DNA of 64,000 nt from Eledone cirrhosa (GCA_964016885.1 OZ024756.1:39060001-39124000), one strand, 5' to 3'; positions 42,715-57,104 are shown, counted from the stretch's first letter. Notes: a model not told the origin generated them from the letters alone. Made by a program: numbers and translations.

Positions 42715-43315
42715 TATATTCCTATGTAAAGTTAGATGACGTGAGCTGCGTAAAAATCAATGTTAATACACGAAACATTTGCTAAAATTAATTGTTTCGG
42801 TCATTGACACATCACAGATGACTTATCGACTTGATATATTGTAGGATCCTTGAGTCAGTATATATATAAAAAAAATATAATCCTAGTGAAGTCATCAGCT
42901 ATATGTGTGTGACTATAAAAGATTGTATGTGTTTGTACGTCTGATAGTATGTGTTTAGGTGTAAATGTATAGGTGCCAAACTGCTGAACTATTAATTTAG
43001 ATGCAATATATCTAACACCAATACCACGATGAGTCAATAATTCCCCACACACCTTATCTCAACTTACTATATTAATTTCAACACTTACTCTCCTTATTTC
43101 AATATTATAAATCTAGTTTATTTTAATGATACATGAAGATGTGAAGAACTACTAAAGTAACAATATATCTTAGGGATATTCATGAACATTTGAAATTGGT
43201 AACATTTGAAATTTGCGGTAGAAAACATACACTATTAGGTAAATATCTCTCAATCTATGTTTGATAAGTTTCTTTGAAGTTTATGACTTATACGTCGACT
43301 CTTATATATAACCTA

Positions 43316-43473
43316 CCGTATTTACCGGCGCTTCGTCCTCGAGGACGCACCCTAATTTTGACAACCAAAAATTTGAAAAAGATAATAAACTACCTTCGGC
43401 CTCCAGGACGCATAGTAAATTTTTGAGACTAATTTTAAGGAAAAAGTAGTGTCTTCGACGCTGGGAAATACGG
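43316..43473. mobile_element. Tc2/pogo-type MITE
   Basis: TA-CCGTATTTACCGGCG..CGCTGGGAAATACGG-TA. Confidence 0.85.
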
Positions 43474-44778
43474 TATTTAGCAATGTTTAAATATTGCCAA
43501 CACAAGAGCAAGAATGATGGGGGTCATTCTACTGACGTGGCTTAAGAGGCTGTTTGCATAATTGAAAACGAATCGAATATTATTATTAATATTTAAAAAC
43601 TCAGATTTACATTTCTAGTGTTCAGCCATGTTGAGCGATAAAACTATTTGTTAATTATTCATAAAAATAAAATCTTAACGAAGAACTACTTACTTATATG
43701 ATTATAAACATTATGATTATGAATATAACATATGATTATGAATACCATGAAAAGGGCCATTATCTACACTTTAATAGCAAGCAAGTTCCATCATCATATA
43801 TTTTTTTTTATATAATCCCTGACCAAAATCCACTTGAAGTCAACAAGAAAACAAAACTCCGCAAAGGAAAACAAACCGAGTCTAGATTCCGTCAATTTAT
43901 CTCCTCAATCATTGGACGGTTTTCAATCTATTCCACCCTACTAGAAATAACAAATTATCGTAAGAAATTACGAAAATAAATATTAGTACACGTGATGTAA
44001 TTGTTAGAGACATGTGATGTAAGTGTTAAAGACACGTGATGTAAATTAGAAAATACGCCAGTGACTGCTTCCGTATGATAGTGTTAAAACAATATATACG
44101 AATTACATTTTATTTTGAAATAATTCTCCCGATCAAATTAGAACTTAGACTCTTTGAGGGGAGAAACTAAATTATGGAAGGTATTTAGACATACGGCCAG
44201 TTCTAAAAATTTAACATTCTATTTACATAAGCCATATAAAATGTAACACTTCATCCATTAATATGGTGAATGGCGGTGAAGTGTAGAATGGAGGGTGAAA
44301 CGTTTATGGTCTGAAGCGAAAAATATTACAAAGTAATATCTTTATCAAGAAATAAAATTTCAAATTTATTAGTAGCCTGTAGAAAAATAAAACAAAAGGA
44401 AAGAAAAAATTCACAAACAAACTCTATAGTTAGCAAGGAAAAAGAACATTAAAATTAAGTCTACATATTTGATATGCAGTTGTAAAGTATATAGTTATAA
44501 AGTGTGTATATTTGATATATAGTTATAAAATAGAGTTACGTAAGAGCAACATGTGACTATAACATCAGGTGTCTTGGCGAAGATTTGGGAGGTTCCTATC
44601 TAAATAATGCAAGTACTTATGAGAAAACATAAAAATGAGAAACGAACTGTTTTAGAGAAATGATATCCTTAGAAATATCAGTTAAATAAACGTTGAATAA
44701 ATTAATATAATTATGGTTGTTATATGAAAAGTGATGCGCACAAAGACTCACGCGCACACATATATAAACATATATATA

Positions 44779-44853
44779 CAGGGTGTCCCAAAAATGTATA
44801 CACGCTTCAACAGCATTCTAATAAATATGTGTATACATTCTTTTGGGTCACCT

Positions 44854-44855
<2 letters not shown>
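44779..44855. mobile_element. Tiny Tc1-type MITE
   Basis: TA-CAGGGTGTCCCAAAA..TTTTGGGTCACCTTG-TA. Confidence 0.8.
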
Positions 44856-44908
<53 letters not shown>

Positions 44909-44913
44909 AACAT

Positions 44914-44981
44914 CTCTGTCTGATGAACGATCCAGACGTATATTATTATTGCTTGTGATCTGGAAACCTTTGGTAATGGAG
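44914..44981 (+). ncRNA. Hammerhead ribozyme candidate (family J) in element ~44905-45080
   Basis: CTCTGT-CTGATGA-[irregular stem II]-GAAACC-TTT-GGTA^ATGGAG; tail relative on - at 55770-55843. Confidence 0.6.
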
Positions 44982-45075
44982 TAGCTGTATTTTGTGTTGT
45001 TCACTTTCTAATTAAATAGCTCTGTTCTATACATAGAGCACTCTTTTTTCCTTTGCTTTTCCTTTGGAATTACAT

Positions 45076-45129
<54 letters not shown>

Positions 45130-45132
<3 letters not shown>

Positions 45133-45190
45133 GGATGGCTCCTGCAGGAATAGAACTGTTTCATTCGAAAGAAATCATCAAGAAAGCATC
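45130..45190 (-). mobile_element. Family E fragment with mutated HHR
   Basis: Reverse complement TTC-TTGATGA-TTTCTTTCGAAT-GAAACAG-TTCTATTC-CTGCAG. Confidence 0.6.
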
Positions 45191-45199
45191 AAGGTCGCA

Positions 45200-45700
45200 A
45201 AGAACTGTTCACGGAACTGTCATGATTGATGAGTGGAGGAAAGGAGATTTCTGTTGATAAAGATAAATTTGGCAAAGGACCAAAAGGAACGACTGGAGTT
45301 TGGAAGGCTGGAGAAATTCAGAACTATGCTATACACAGAGGCATCCTTTGCAGTCCAAATAGTGGCTTTATAAGAGTTGCAAACCTAGATAAATTCTGCC
45401 CAGTTTTCGAGGGAGGGACAGGTTGGCTTTCTGATAAGTTATCCACTAAGCTATTTCTGATTTGAAGTGCCATAAGGTCTAGTAAGTGGGAGAGTTGAGT
45501 AATATAGCAGGTGTGTTTTGAGGTAGTTGTGATTGGGTAGTGGCCGGTTGAACGATTGAAGATAGGGGGCAGAGATAGTTATGAAGGTTAGTAGAGGTTA
45601 GATTTAGAAATTGGTTTATCAAACCTAAACAAAATTGACTTTTGTGAGATTAGAAGACGGGAGGAGAAAAGGAATCTAACTGAACATGCTATCAACCCGT
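45200..45700 (-). mobile_element. Decayed LINE ORF2 fragment (EN-RT linker region)
   Basis: ..PSLENWAEF..NSYKATIWTAK..SSRSFWSFAK..SFPPLINHDSS across stops and frameshifts. Confidence 0.55.
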
Positions 45701-46039
45701 AAATGAGAATGCCAACAATAATGGGAGCCTCACTTATCTCCAGCACGTGTCCAGATAGACATATACATGAAACACGAAATCATGTAATAGGTTGTATTTA
45801 CAACCTGAAGATCAAAGGGAAAGAAAGCTTATCTTTCGAATCAAAACCAGCCAATTCTCGTTCTATTTCAGTGTTTCGTAAATAAGAAAGGAGCATTTAA
45901 TGTATTTTTTATTCCTTTATACAAAAAAAAAACAATAACAACAACAACAACAAAAAAACAGAATTGTAAAAGAGAAAAGGAAACTTATGTTGGTATTAAT
46001 ATGAAGCAATTAATCAGGTGTAGCTTTATATTTATCTTG

Positions 46040-46190
46040 TAAGGTGGCAGAGTCATTAGAACGTCGGATAAAATACTTTACGGCATTAGTTTCGGCTCTT
46101 TGCTTTCTGAGTTCAAATCTCGCCGACGTCAACTTTCGAGGTCGATAAAAAAAGTACCAGTTAAGTACTGGGGTTGATTCTTCCTCTATA
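46040..46190 (+). mobile_element. SINE type I, older subfamily
   Basis: GAGTTCAAATCTCGCC..GGTCGATAAAAAAAGTACCAG. Confidence 0.75.
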
Positions 46191-46671
46191 TCTCTTTCTC
46201 ACTTCTTTTCTCTCACTCTCTCTGTCCTTCTCTGGAAGAAATCTTCTATATTCACACCTGGAGAGAAGATGGGCTCTGACAGGTTTTACAAAATAGCCTA
46301 GAAACGCTGTATATCAATATGGCGTCCCTGCGACGCTAACAGGAGTTACGGGATCTTATATACATACATGCATAAATACATACATACATATATACATATA
46401 TACATACATACATACATATATATTTACATATATATATACATATATACATACATATATATACATACATACATACATATATACATATATACATACATATATA
46501 CATACATACATATTTACATATATACATACATACATACATATATACAAACATACATATATACATACATACATATATACATATATACATATATACATACATA
46601 TATACATACATATATACATACATACATATATACATACATACATACATACATACATAATATACATATATACA

Positions 46672-46703
<32 letters not shown>

Positions 46704-46838
46704 CATCATATATACATACATATATACATACATACATATATACATACATACATATATACATACATACATATATACATACATATATACTGATGTCAAGATT
46801 TTCATTTTTCTAACAGCAGCCTTTCATATATTCTCTCA

Positions 46839-46881
<43 letters not shown>

Positions 46882-47519
46882 TATTTTTTCATCCTTTATC
46901 TGACATGAGTAATAGTTCCAAGTCTAGTTTATTTATTTATTTATTTTCACCTGTACAAGAGCTAATGACAAATGAAAGGCAATCGAGATTTCGGTGTATT
47001 CTGAGATAATTTTATTATCTCACCTCTGAGATTTTTAGTACCTTTATTTAGTACCTTTTCCTTTGGGACTGTCTTATTATCTACTGTCGGGTCCCAAATA
47101 ATAGGGAAGGGGTTGGAATAAGCAGGGTGGTGGCGGCGGTGGTGGTGGTGGGTTTGGTATTTGCTTAAATTCTTATAAGCGGGGTACGGGGAATAAACGG
47201 TGGGGGTGGGGAACTCGGTAATTATATAGTGTACCTTTGTAAATATGGGATTTCTTGTAATGTTCTTTTTTTCTTGTCATATATAATGGGGTTTTTTAAA
47301 AATGTAAAATAAAATTATGATTAGATTCTCCAGCTGCTGTATCGATACGATACAATAACATTTTGCGGAGATAGATTATCAAAATTTAATAAGCGTGGGG
47401 GGGGGGGGTTGTAGAAGCGGGGGAGGGGGGGGGGTGCGATTACTGATTATTCAAGACCTGAGAGTATATATCTATTTAATATATATTTATTTCTATTTTT
47501 GTAATAGATGTTTCCTGAA

Positions 47520-48250
47520 AACCACCACCACCCCACAACCACCACCACAACCACCACCACAACCACCACCCCACAACCACCACCACAACCACCACCTCAG
47601 CCACCACCTCAGCCATCACCATCACCAAAACTAACAACTCCAGTACAAAATCTATATCTACATACTACCTCTATCTATTCTTCATTGCTACAACTACCCT
47701 CGCCATCACCACAACTACAACCACTACAACTATCACCGCAACCATCACCACCACAACCGCTACGACAGTCATCACAAGAACAACAACAATGTCAGAAGTG
47801 CAAAATCTATATCTACAAAATATTACCCCTATCTGTTCTTCACTGCTACAACCAGAGCCACTACCACTACCACCATAACCACAGCCACTACCACCACCAC
47901 AACCACAGCCACTACTACCACCACCACCACCACCACAACCACCACTACAACTACAACAGTACAAAATCTATATCTACACACTACCTATTTCAGTTCTTCA
48001 TTACTTCAACCACAACCACTACCACCGCAGCCACCACCACAGCCACCACCACCACCACTACCACCACAACTACAACCACCACCACCACCACCACCACCAC
48101 AACAACAGTACACAATCTATATCTATAATACATACTACCTCTATAAATTCTTCATTGCTACAACCACAGCCAACACCACAACTACCACCACTACACCACC
48201 ACCACCATAGCTACAACCACCACCACAACTACAACCACAGTCACCAACAC
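47520..48250. repeat. (CAC/CAA)n microsatellite with four interspersed ~50-bp spacers (higher-order ~160-bp unit)
   Basis: AGTACAAAATCTATATCTACA..TTCTTCATTGCTACAAC recurs near 47642, 47798, 47958, 48107. Confidence 0.85.
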
Positions 48251-48325
48251 GTTATTTTTATCTAAAGACATTTTTTTCCAATGCCAACCCACCCGTCCCC
48301 TCAATTTATCTTAATTCTCATTCTT

Positions 48326-48361
48326 TCTTCTGATGAAGGACTAGCGTCCGAAACGTTAAGA
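48326..48361 (+). ncRNA. Minimal HHR (family B) in element ~48255-48400
   Basis: TCTT-CTGATGA-AGGAC-TAGC-GTCC-GAAACGTT^AAGA. Confidence 0.82.
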
Positions 48362-48472
48362 CCCTCTTCCTGCTATATCAAGCGTTAACCTAATATATCC
48401 CTTCCATATACTGTACTGATTGTGTTGTTATTTCTGTTTACCTTTTACACTCATATATATATATATATATAT

Positions 48473-48542
<70 letters not shown>

Positions 48543-48774
48543 CCTGTATACATGTGTGTATGTGTCTCAAACATTTGACCGAGGCCAGGCTGTGGCACCC
48601 GCTTCTGAGATCTAACCATATTGACCACAGTGACTATTTCAGCCTGATTGACATTTTATCGATCTCAGTTTGTTGTACTGCTAAGTTACGGAATATAAAG
48701 AAACTCAATATGAACAGCTCCTGTTGTTAAAACCCATGTAAACATAGAGATCACGTACGCAGAAACACTCGCCC

Positions 48775-48827
<53 letters not shown>

Positions 48828-48859
48828 TAACACACATATTCTCTCACCTTTTTCTATCC

Positions 48860-48929
<70 letters not shown>

Positions 48930-48966
48930 GTATATATATATATACAGAGAGGGAGGGTAGTGATAG

Positions 48967-49068
<102 letters not shown>

Positions 49069-49580
49069 CGAAATAGAAAAAATATATATTTAACGATATG
49101 TCTTTCATTGACGTCATTGTGAGTTTAGAATAAAAGAAGTTCTTTATTGTGATATAAGTGTTTCATTGAATACTCTTCTGATAAATATAGATATACTCCT
49201 ATATATATATATCTAATGTCTTTATCTTTTAGCGCTGCTCTTTATGTCTGTAAAAATTTGTGTATAACCACTTGACTGTGTAAATTTCATCCCACAATTG
49301 AACTTCTATTAATACAGGACCACATAACGTCATATCATTTACGTCTTTGTAATGTTGTCGGGTCAAGTTTGTTTGTATTCGAAAACAAGGTCTCATCTTC
49401 TTACAAGCCGAAACCGTACCTAAGGTGTGGGATGCCATTCGGCTTTGGCAGATTTGAAAAAAGTACGTTTTTTCTTTAACAATTTATTGTCATTAGATTT
49501 ACAGTATTTAAATTCATTATTACATGTTATATATATATAAATCAACTAAAGAACGGCCTCGTTCATAAGTTGGGGACTTA

Positions 49581-49646
<66 letters not shown>

Positions 49647-50212
49647 TCTCATTAAATCTATCTTTATACACGTTCTATTAAAAGAACACTGCTGCAATAA
49701 CATAAGACACAATTTAGCAGAGTTAATTGTTTCACTCTCTTAATAAGATGCTTCCAGCACTTTTCGATCTTTAAAAAAAAAAAGGTAATGACAAAGCGGT
49801 GGAAATAGATCAGTCTGTATCTATTTTTATTGCCGAGTCTAATAATAAATTTAATTCTAGAGCATTTATAATGTTATAGTTGGAAGAGGTGGGATGAAGG
49901 CTGAGATACAAGTAATGATGTAGGAGGAAGAGAAAAATAAAGAAGAAATAAGTTTGATAATTCAATAGTTCAATAGTTCAGTTGCGTGTGTCACTTGCTG
50001 GTGTGTTTAGATTAAGGTTTTCTTATGTAAATAGATTTAGAAAAATATCAAGGAAACACCCCAAAATAGCTACAACTTTAAACTGTAGAGATGACATTTT
50101 AATTATGGGCCTCCATTTGCTCATAATAGTGAGAGATGGGGAGAGCGAGAGAGACTGAGGCAGTGACAGTGGAAGTTTGGTTCCTTTGTGCTCGGACCTG
50201 GTGTATATGAGA

Positions 50213-50400
50213 TACCATGCTTTGCAGCATAGAACTGCGGCCCTTTACGGTCTGAGTTAAAATCCCGCCGAGGCTAGCTTTGCTTTTCATCCTTACGGGG
50301 TCGATAACATAAAGCACCAGTAATGCACTGGGGTCAATTTAATCGACCCCCCCCCCCCAAAAAAAAAATTGGTGGCTTTGTGCCTATGGTAGAAATCATT
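50213..50400 (+). mobile_element. SINE type I
   Basis: Meta-like core and tail. Confidence 0.85.
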
Positions 50401-51676
50401 ATTTATCCATTCCAAATTGATGTCATAGTGTTGACAAAATGCTAGACCAAAGAGAGGGGCATAACAGTATCGACTTAAGTCCCTTTACAGCCAGGGTTAA
50501 ATGTTGCCAGTGTCAAACAATGATTATAACGTGATTCAGTTGTGTAAACCCACTCCATAGCAAAATAATGTCTGTTCTAATAACATTTATTAATAATTCT
50601 TTAATGCTTTAACGTCATTGCTACATGTCAGGCAAGAATAGAATTGTTACATTCCGAAACTGGTTAGAAAGTTACAGAGTTGAAGGCAATTATAATTTGT
50701 CTGAATTGAATATCTATAATAATATGTTAATAGCAAAATAACTACCAGTTTGTTGTTAATAGCATGTTTTAAATAAGATTAAATAAGATTAATGGATTAA
50801 TGGATGTTTCTAAGAAACCAGTTAATCTAAACTAGCTATTAATATTCAATTCTGGATTACAAGAGAGTCAATTTTCAATGATGTAAGCCATCTTATACGT
50901 TCTTTGAAGATTTGTCAGTGATTTCAATTTCCTGTCGTCTGTTATAAAGACATATATAGAGCTAACAGGCGATAATTAAGAACAAGAAGATTTGGCATTC
51001 TTTATTTTATTTTGTATTTGATTAAGAGAATATATTCGTCTGCCAAGCTTATTTAAAGTGTAAACGATGTTGCCAGACAAAAACCAATTAATGGCTCTCT
51101 TTCTACGGTTCATATTGAACTCCATGTGTTTCATTAGCGCGTGTTCACCTATCATTTACTCTATTATTCACTTGACCTCCAGTCAATATGTTTTATATTT
51201 ACGTTGATGTATTATTCTCGCCAAAATTCAAATGGGTCAGGGTGTATTATTAAACATATCATTATTATTGTTGATACAATGAAATTACAATCCTACAGAT
51301 CACGTTTATCAATTATAAAGTAATATATATTCCAACTTTTGATTCGTTTGGAAAGGTTTTGAATGTTTTTGTTACAGTTCCATTGCCAAAAATTACATTA
51401 CTACATCTCTATGTGTTCGTTTACTTAAGTATAAGATAAAATATAATCGTTCTCTTTCTGATTGTGTTACAACAACAGTAGGTTAATAGGAAATACAGTG
51501 GTATCTAAGAATCAGTAGAACACCGAACAAAAGACTCGGTGCTATTCAGTTACAGTTCTTTATATTATGTTTTCAAATCCCACCAAGTTGGACTTTGGTT
51601 TTAATCTCTTACCGGTCGTTAAAATCAAATTGTGGGGGGAAACTATTAAATAAAATATACCCCTTCCTGTGAAAGT

Positions 51677-51995
51677 TGATGTCTTATGCCTATGTACTAG
51701 AAAACTGGATGTCTTGTACCTCTGTGCTAGAAAACTGCATGTCTTGTACCTCTGTGCTAGAAAGCCAGATGTCTTGTACCTCTGTGTTAGAAAGCTAGAT
51801 GTCTTGTACCTCTGTGCTAGAAAGCCAGATGTATTGTACCTCTGTGCTAGAGAACTAGATGTCTTGTACCTCTGTGTTAGAAAGCTAGAAGTCTTGTACC
51901 TCTGTTGTAGAAAGCCAGATGTCTTGTACCTCCGTGCTAGATAGCCAGATGTCTTGTGCCTCTCTCCGTGCTATAAAGCTAGACGTCTTATGCCT
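51677..51995. repeat. 30-bp minisatellite, ~10 copies
   Basis: GATGTCTTGTACCTCTGTGCTAGAAAGCCA units. Confidence 0.95.
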
Positions 51996-52606
51996 GTGTT
52001 ACATTGTCGCTAGTTAATAACCCAAAATAGTCAGTTCGAAGATTTCGAAGATTCAATAACTTAAAATATTAATTATCTAACACCAGGGAGATTATTTTTT
52101 ATTTGATTTTAATCTTATACAAATAAAATAATTTAACAGATTTTTTTCTACGTTGTCTGTTCGTAATGGTAAAAGAGAGACGTTATCAGACAGACATTTT
52201 GTAAGATTCACTTGAAATTTTCTCTGCTGTTCACTTTTGGCTTCTTGCCATTTTAAAATGTTATTTAACATTTTTTTTAGTTTTATTTATTTTTCATATA
52301 TTATAATTCTCACTCAGATAGAAATAATTATTAGTTTAGTGGTTAGAAATAAATGTTACTTTGCTCTGAATATAACAAACCAATGAAATATCTCCTATGT
52401 CGTTGCACGATCGGCTAGAAATAGAAACGAAATAACTCAAAACATATGTTAAAGTCTTATAAATGGAACGACACATTAGGAAATGTAGAAATATATTAAA
52501 ACAGACCCAGGGACGGCAAAAAGTGGACAGAGACGACTGTGGGAATGGAACCACGAACCTCTCTCTCTCTCTCTCCTCTCTTCTCTCTCCTCTCTCCTCT
52601 TTCTCT

Positions 52607-52694
<88 letters not shown>

Positions 52695-52699
52695 CTATC

Positions 52700-52940
52700 T
52701 ACGTTCTGAATTCAAATCCCGCCGAAGTTAGCTTTGCCTTTCATCCTTACGGGAGGGGAGGGGAGGGGGTCAATAAAATAAAATACCAGTAATCACTGGG
52801 GTCGATTTAATCGACTTTCCACCTCCCCCTGAAAGTGCTAGCTTTGCGTCTAAATCAGAATTACATTATTCAACGTAAGGTCAGACACCATGCTTTGCAG
52901 CATAGAGTTATGGCCCTTTATGATATGAGTTCAAATCCCG
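52700..52940 (+). mobile_element. Two SINE type I fragments, the second truncated at the satellite
   Basis: Core at 52705-52860; head 52875-52940 ends GAGTTCAAATCCCG. Confidence 0.75.
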
Positions 52941-54406
52941 AAAGTATAAGGCAGTATAAGACAGTATAAGACAGTATAAGGCAGTATAAGGAAGTATAAG
53001 ACAGTATAAGGCAGTATAAGACAGTATAAGACAGTATAAGGAAGTATAAGACAGTATAAGGAAGTATAAGACAGTATAAGAAAGTATAAGAAAGTATAAG
53101 GCAGTATAAGACAGTATAAGGCAGTATAAGAAAGTATAAGACAGTATAAGAAAGTATAAGACAGTATAAGGCAGTATAAGAAAGTATAAGAGAGTATAAG
53201 ACAGTATTAGGAAGTATAAGACAGCATAAGACAGTATAAGACAGTATCAGGAACTATAAGACAGTATAAGACAGTATAAGACAGTATAAGGCAGTATAAG
53301 ACAGTATAAGACAGTATAAGACAGTATAAGGAAGTATAAGACAGTATAAGACAGTATAAGACAGTATAAGACAGTATTAAGAAGTATAAGACAGTATAAG
53401 ACAGTATAAGGCAGTATAAGACAGTATAAAGCAGTATAAGAAAGTATAAGAGAGTATAAGACAGCATAAGACAGTATAAGACAGTATAAGGAAGTATAAG
53501 AAAGTATAAGACAGTATAAGACAGTATAAGGCAGTATAAGAAAGTATAAGACAGTATAAGGCAGTATAAGACAGTATAAGACAGTATAAGACAGTATAAG
53601 GCAGTATAAGAAAGTATAAGACAGTATAAGAAAGTATAAGACAGTATAAGACAGTATAAGGCAGTATAAGACAGTATAAGGCAGTATAAGACAGTATAAG
53701 ACAGTATAAGGAAGTATAATACAGTATAAGACAGTATAAGACAGTATAAGGCAGTATAAGAAAGTATAAGACAGTATAAGACAGTATAAGACAGTATAAG
53801 GCAGTATAAGACAGTATAAGGCAGTATAAGAAAGTATAAGACAGTATAAGACAGTATAAGGAAGTATAAGACAGTATAAGGCAGTATAAGATAGTATAAG
53901 GAAGTATAAGAAAGTATAAGACAGTATAAGACAGTATAAGACAGTATAAGGAAGTATAATACAGTATAAGACAGTATAAGACAGTATAAGGCAGTATAAG
54001 AAACTATAAGACAGTATAAGACAATATAAGACAGTATAAGGCAGTATAAGACAGTATAAGGCAGTATAAGAAAGTATAAGACAGTATAAGACAGTATAAG
54101 ACAGTATAAGGAAGTATAAGACAGTATAAGGCAGTATAAGATAGTATAAGGAAGTATAAGAAAGTATAAGACAGTATAAGACAGTATAAGACAGTATAAG
54201 ACAGTATTAGGAAGTATAAGACAGTATAAGACAGTATAAGGCAGTATAAGACAGTATAAGGAAGTATAAGAAAGTATAAGACAGTATAAGACAGTATAAG
54301 GCAGTATAAGACAGTATAAGGAAGTATAAGACAGTATAAGACAGTATAAGGAAGTATAAGAAAGTATAAGACAGTATAAGACAGTATAAGACAGTATAAG
54401 AAAGTA
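52941..54406. repeat. 10-bp satellite (ACAGTATAAG)n, ~146 units
   Basis: Phase perfectly kept; variants mainly AC/GC/GA/AA at the first two bases. Confidence 0.98.
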
Positions 54407-54816
54407 TGATAGATATTTTACACAATGTAAAAGTGACGAATGTCACGTAGTTTATTAGCTGTTTGTAGAATTCTTGGGCTTATTGTGTGAAGACTTTTCA
54501 TTTCTTTGATTCTTTGCGTAAATTACTCTCTTCATCTATTACTTTCTTTTAACATTCTTCCATCTCTTCATTACCAAAATATAACCTTCCATTACTTCAA
54601 ATACCAGACTGAAAGTTATGGTTTATGGATGATTTCCATTCTTATTTTTATAATGATTCAGACTAAAAGGTCAAAATACAAAGAAATTTGTTTTGTGAGA
54701 TTTTTTCTTTTTTTTTTCTCTTTGCGTATAAATGTGTAAAGTTTGGGAGGGAATTGGTCGAGTATACATGGCCCCAAGTCTTTTGGCAGTTTTCCAATAT
54801 ATACACGCACTAAGCA

Positions 54817-54854
<38 letters not shown>

Positions 54855-54872
54855 TAATTGCACGTTACACTT

Positions 54873-54942
<70 letters not shown>

Positions 54943-55023
54943 AAATTTAAGAGAAGTGCATAGCTCTATTCCCATAGTCGTCTCTGGGTGTAGTTTACCC
55001 ATCTTATTGAACTATCTTATATA

Positions 55024-55119
<96 letters not shown>

Positions 55120-55429
55120 AGAACGCATAATGAATTGGAACATAAGATATAAAAAATAAACCTCATTTGGTCATTCTATGGGTGTATCTTGGTCAGATTA
55201 TGAACTTTTTCAGCCAAACCTCATAAATTCACAGAAGATTTTATTTAAGAACTGATCTCTCATAATCTTTACATAATTTAAGAACGTGATGTTGGCTTTT
55301 CTATCTATGAACACTCCTTTAACTTCTGGCTATGAGAAATAACTGGGTGTATAGTTTCTTATGAAAGGAAATCGAAAGAGAATCTTGTGCGATGTTTAAA
55401 GTCAAAATATTGTTTTTAAATGTTTCTAG

Positions 55430-55600
55430 CTGGGTCCTGCCAGAGGGTTGCTTCTGACAAGACCAGCTGGAGCATGGAGTGTTAGAGTATTGAGTTACTC
55501 GATAGAGTGCGTAGCTCCTAGATCAAAGAGTCGCTCCAGGTAAATTCGTTACTTCTCCGAGTCGGGGGATCACAGCTTCCGTAGTACAGACATGTGGTTA

Positions 55601-55602
<2 letters not shown>
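55430..55602 (+). mobile_element. RTE/Expander-like relic
   Basis: GTTACTCGATAGAGTGCGTAGCTC..TACTTCTCCGA..ATCACAGCT matches 29286-29385. Confidence 0.65.
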
Positions 55603-55655
<53 letters not shown>

Positions 55656-55729
55656 GGTGTATAGTTTACTGATTATACATACATACATGTATACATACAT
55701 ATATACATACATACACATATATATATATA

Positions 55730-55770
<41 letters not shown>

Positions 55771-55915
55771 AATATTTTCGTAGAAAAGATAAAGGAAAGA
55801 AGGGTGCTCTATGTATAGTGCAGAGCTATTTAATTAGTAATTATATATATATATATATATGTGTATGTGTGTATGTGTGTATACATGTATATCTATATCT
55901 ATATCTATCTATCTA

Positions 55916-55998
<83 letters not shown>

Positions 55999-56056
55999 AT
56001 ATATATAAAATAAAGTTAAATAAAAGTCAAATGATTAAAATTTAGCTTCGTTTATT

Positions 56057-56111
56057 ACTGCTATATATATTTCAGTGACAGCCATCTTTGGCTGTGACCT
56101 CTTCAGGCAGT
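56057..56111 (-). ncRNA. Hammerhead ribozyme (family I copy 2)
   Basis: Reverse complement ACTGC-CTGAAGA-GGTC-ACAGCCA-AAGA-TGGCTGT-CACT-GAAA-TATATA-TA^GCAGT. Confidence 0.85.
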
Positions 56112-56161
56112 TTGAATTAGTATGGTATAGACAAGTACATATGTTGTTTAGGTGTATGATA

Positions 56162-56210
<49 letters not shown>

Positions 56211-56534
56211 GCACATACACACATATACATACATATATATGTTTAATGTATTCTTGTCATACATCTTGTTTACTGCTTTGATATGACAGGTTATTTGACA
56301 GAAGTTAATTCTCTTGGACAGCTAAAGTGATATATATCTTCTTTGAAGAGACATTGTGACGTCAAAGAAACTTAGCAATCGCCAACGACTTGGGATGTAC
56401 TGTGGTTCTTCAGGTATAATTTATCTATATTAATGGAAAATATCATAAAATATTCACACTCAATTTAGATTAGTTTGAGAGACAAAATTATCTAAAGGAT
56501 TTGACTCAGCTTTTGATTATTTTGAAATGGTGTA

Positions 56535-56750
56535 AGCGCGTGGCTGAGTGGTTAGAGAATTAGATTCACAATCGTGAGGTTGTGAGTTCGATTCCCGGAT
56601 CGCGCGATGCGTCATGTCCTTGAGCAAGACATTTTATTTCACGTTGCTCCTTCTACCTGGAGTTGCGACCGATAGATAGTATCAGCAACTGGAAAGACCG
56701 ACGAAAACATTGTTTCCTCGGTCCGATTTGACGAAAGTCGATCGATCCTT
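56535..56750 (+). mobile_element. SINE type II, full length
   Basis: Homologous to 3989-4201. Confidence 0.88.
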
Positions 56751-57043
56751 TATATATATATATATATATAAAGGATATATATGTATATGTATATATATGT
56801 ATACTTAACATGCATTTCAACCCTTCTTTCTAACAACCTCTTTAGCTAAATACCAACATCTTTTTCCAACCCTTCATAGTTTACTCAATTCTTGCCCACT
56901 TGCAATCTTACACCTCCACCTCCTCACCGAAAGCTACCATTACCACATTGAGAGAGAGACAGAGAGAGAGAGGATATCCAGGTAAAACTTGAACAATTAA
57001 GGTCTCATTCCTGGATACGTCAATATTTATAAAACAAGCTCTG

Positions 57044-57104
57044 TATTTTATCTGATGAAAGCGTACCAAAGTTTTGGTACCCTTGAAATATATATAATAG
57101 AATA
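57044..57104 (+). ncRNA. Hammerhead ribozyme (family C, diverged subfamily) in element ~57010-57240
   Basis: TATTTTAT-CTGATGA-AAG-C-GTACCAAA..TTTGGTAC-C-CTT-GAAA-TATATA-TA^ATAGAATA. Confidence 0.82.

Noticed and set aside
45784-45815. CTGAAGA..GAAAG motif
   Set aside because: No stem I or stem II pairing
47508-48128. 206-aa Pro/Thr/His-rich ORF; spacer-repeat layout superficially array-like
   Set aside because: Trinucleotide microsatellite with higher-order duplication; not a gene or CRISPR
51669-51944. Repetitive ORF (DVLYLCARK)n and CRISPR-like repeat length
   Set aside because: Head-to-tail 30-bp minisatellite with no unique spacers; eukaryotic context
56535-56610. tRNA gene-like heads at each type II SINE
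   Set aside because: They continue into SINE bodies and lack a proper acceptor stem; not functional tRNAs
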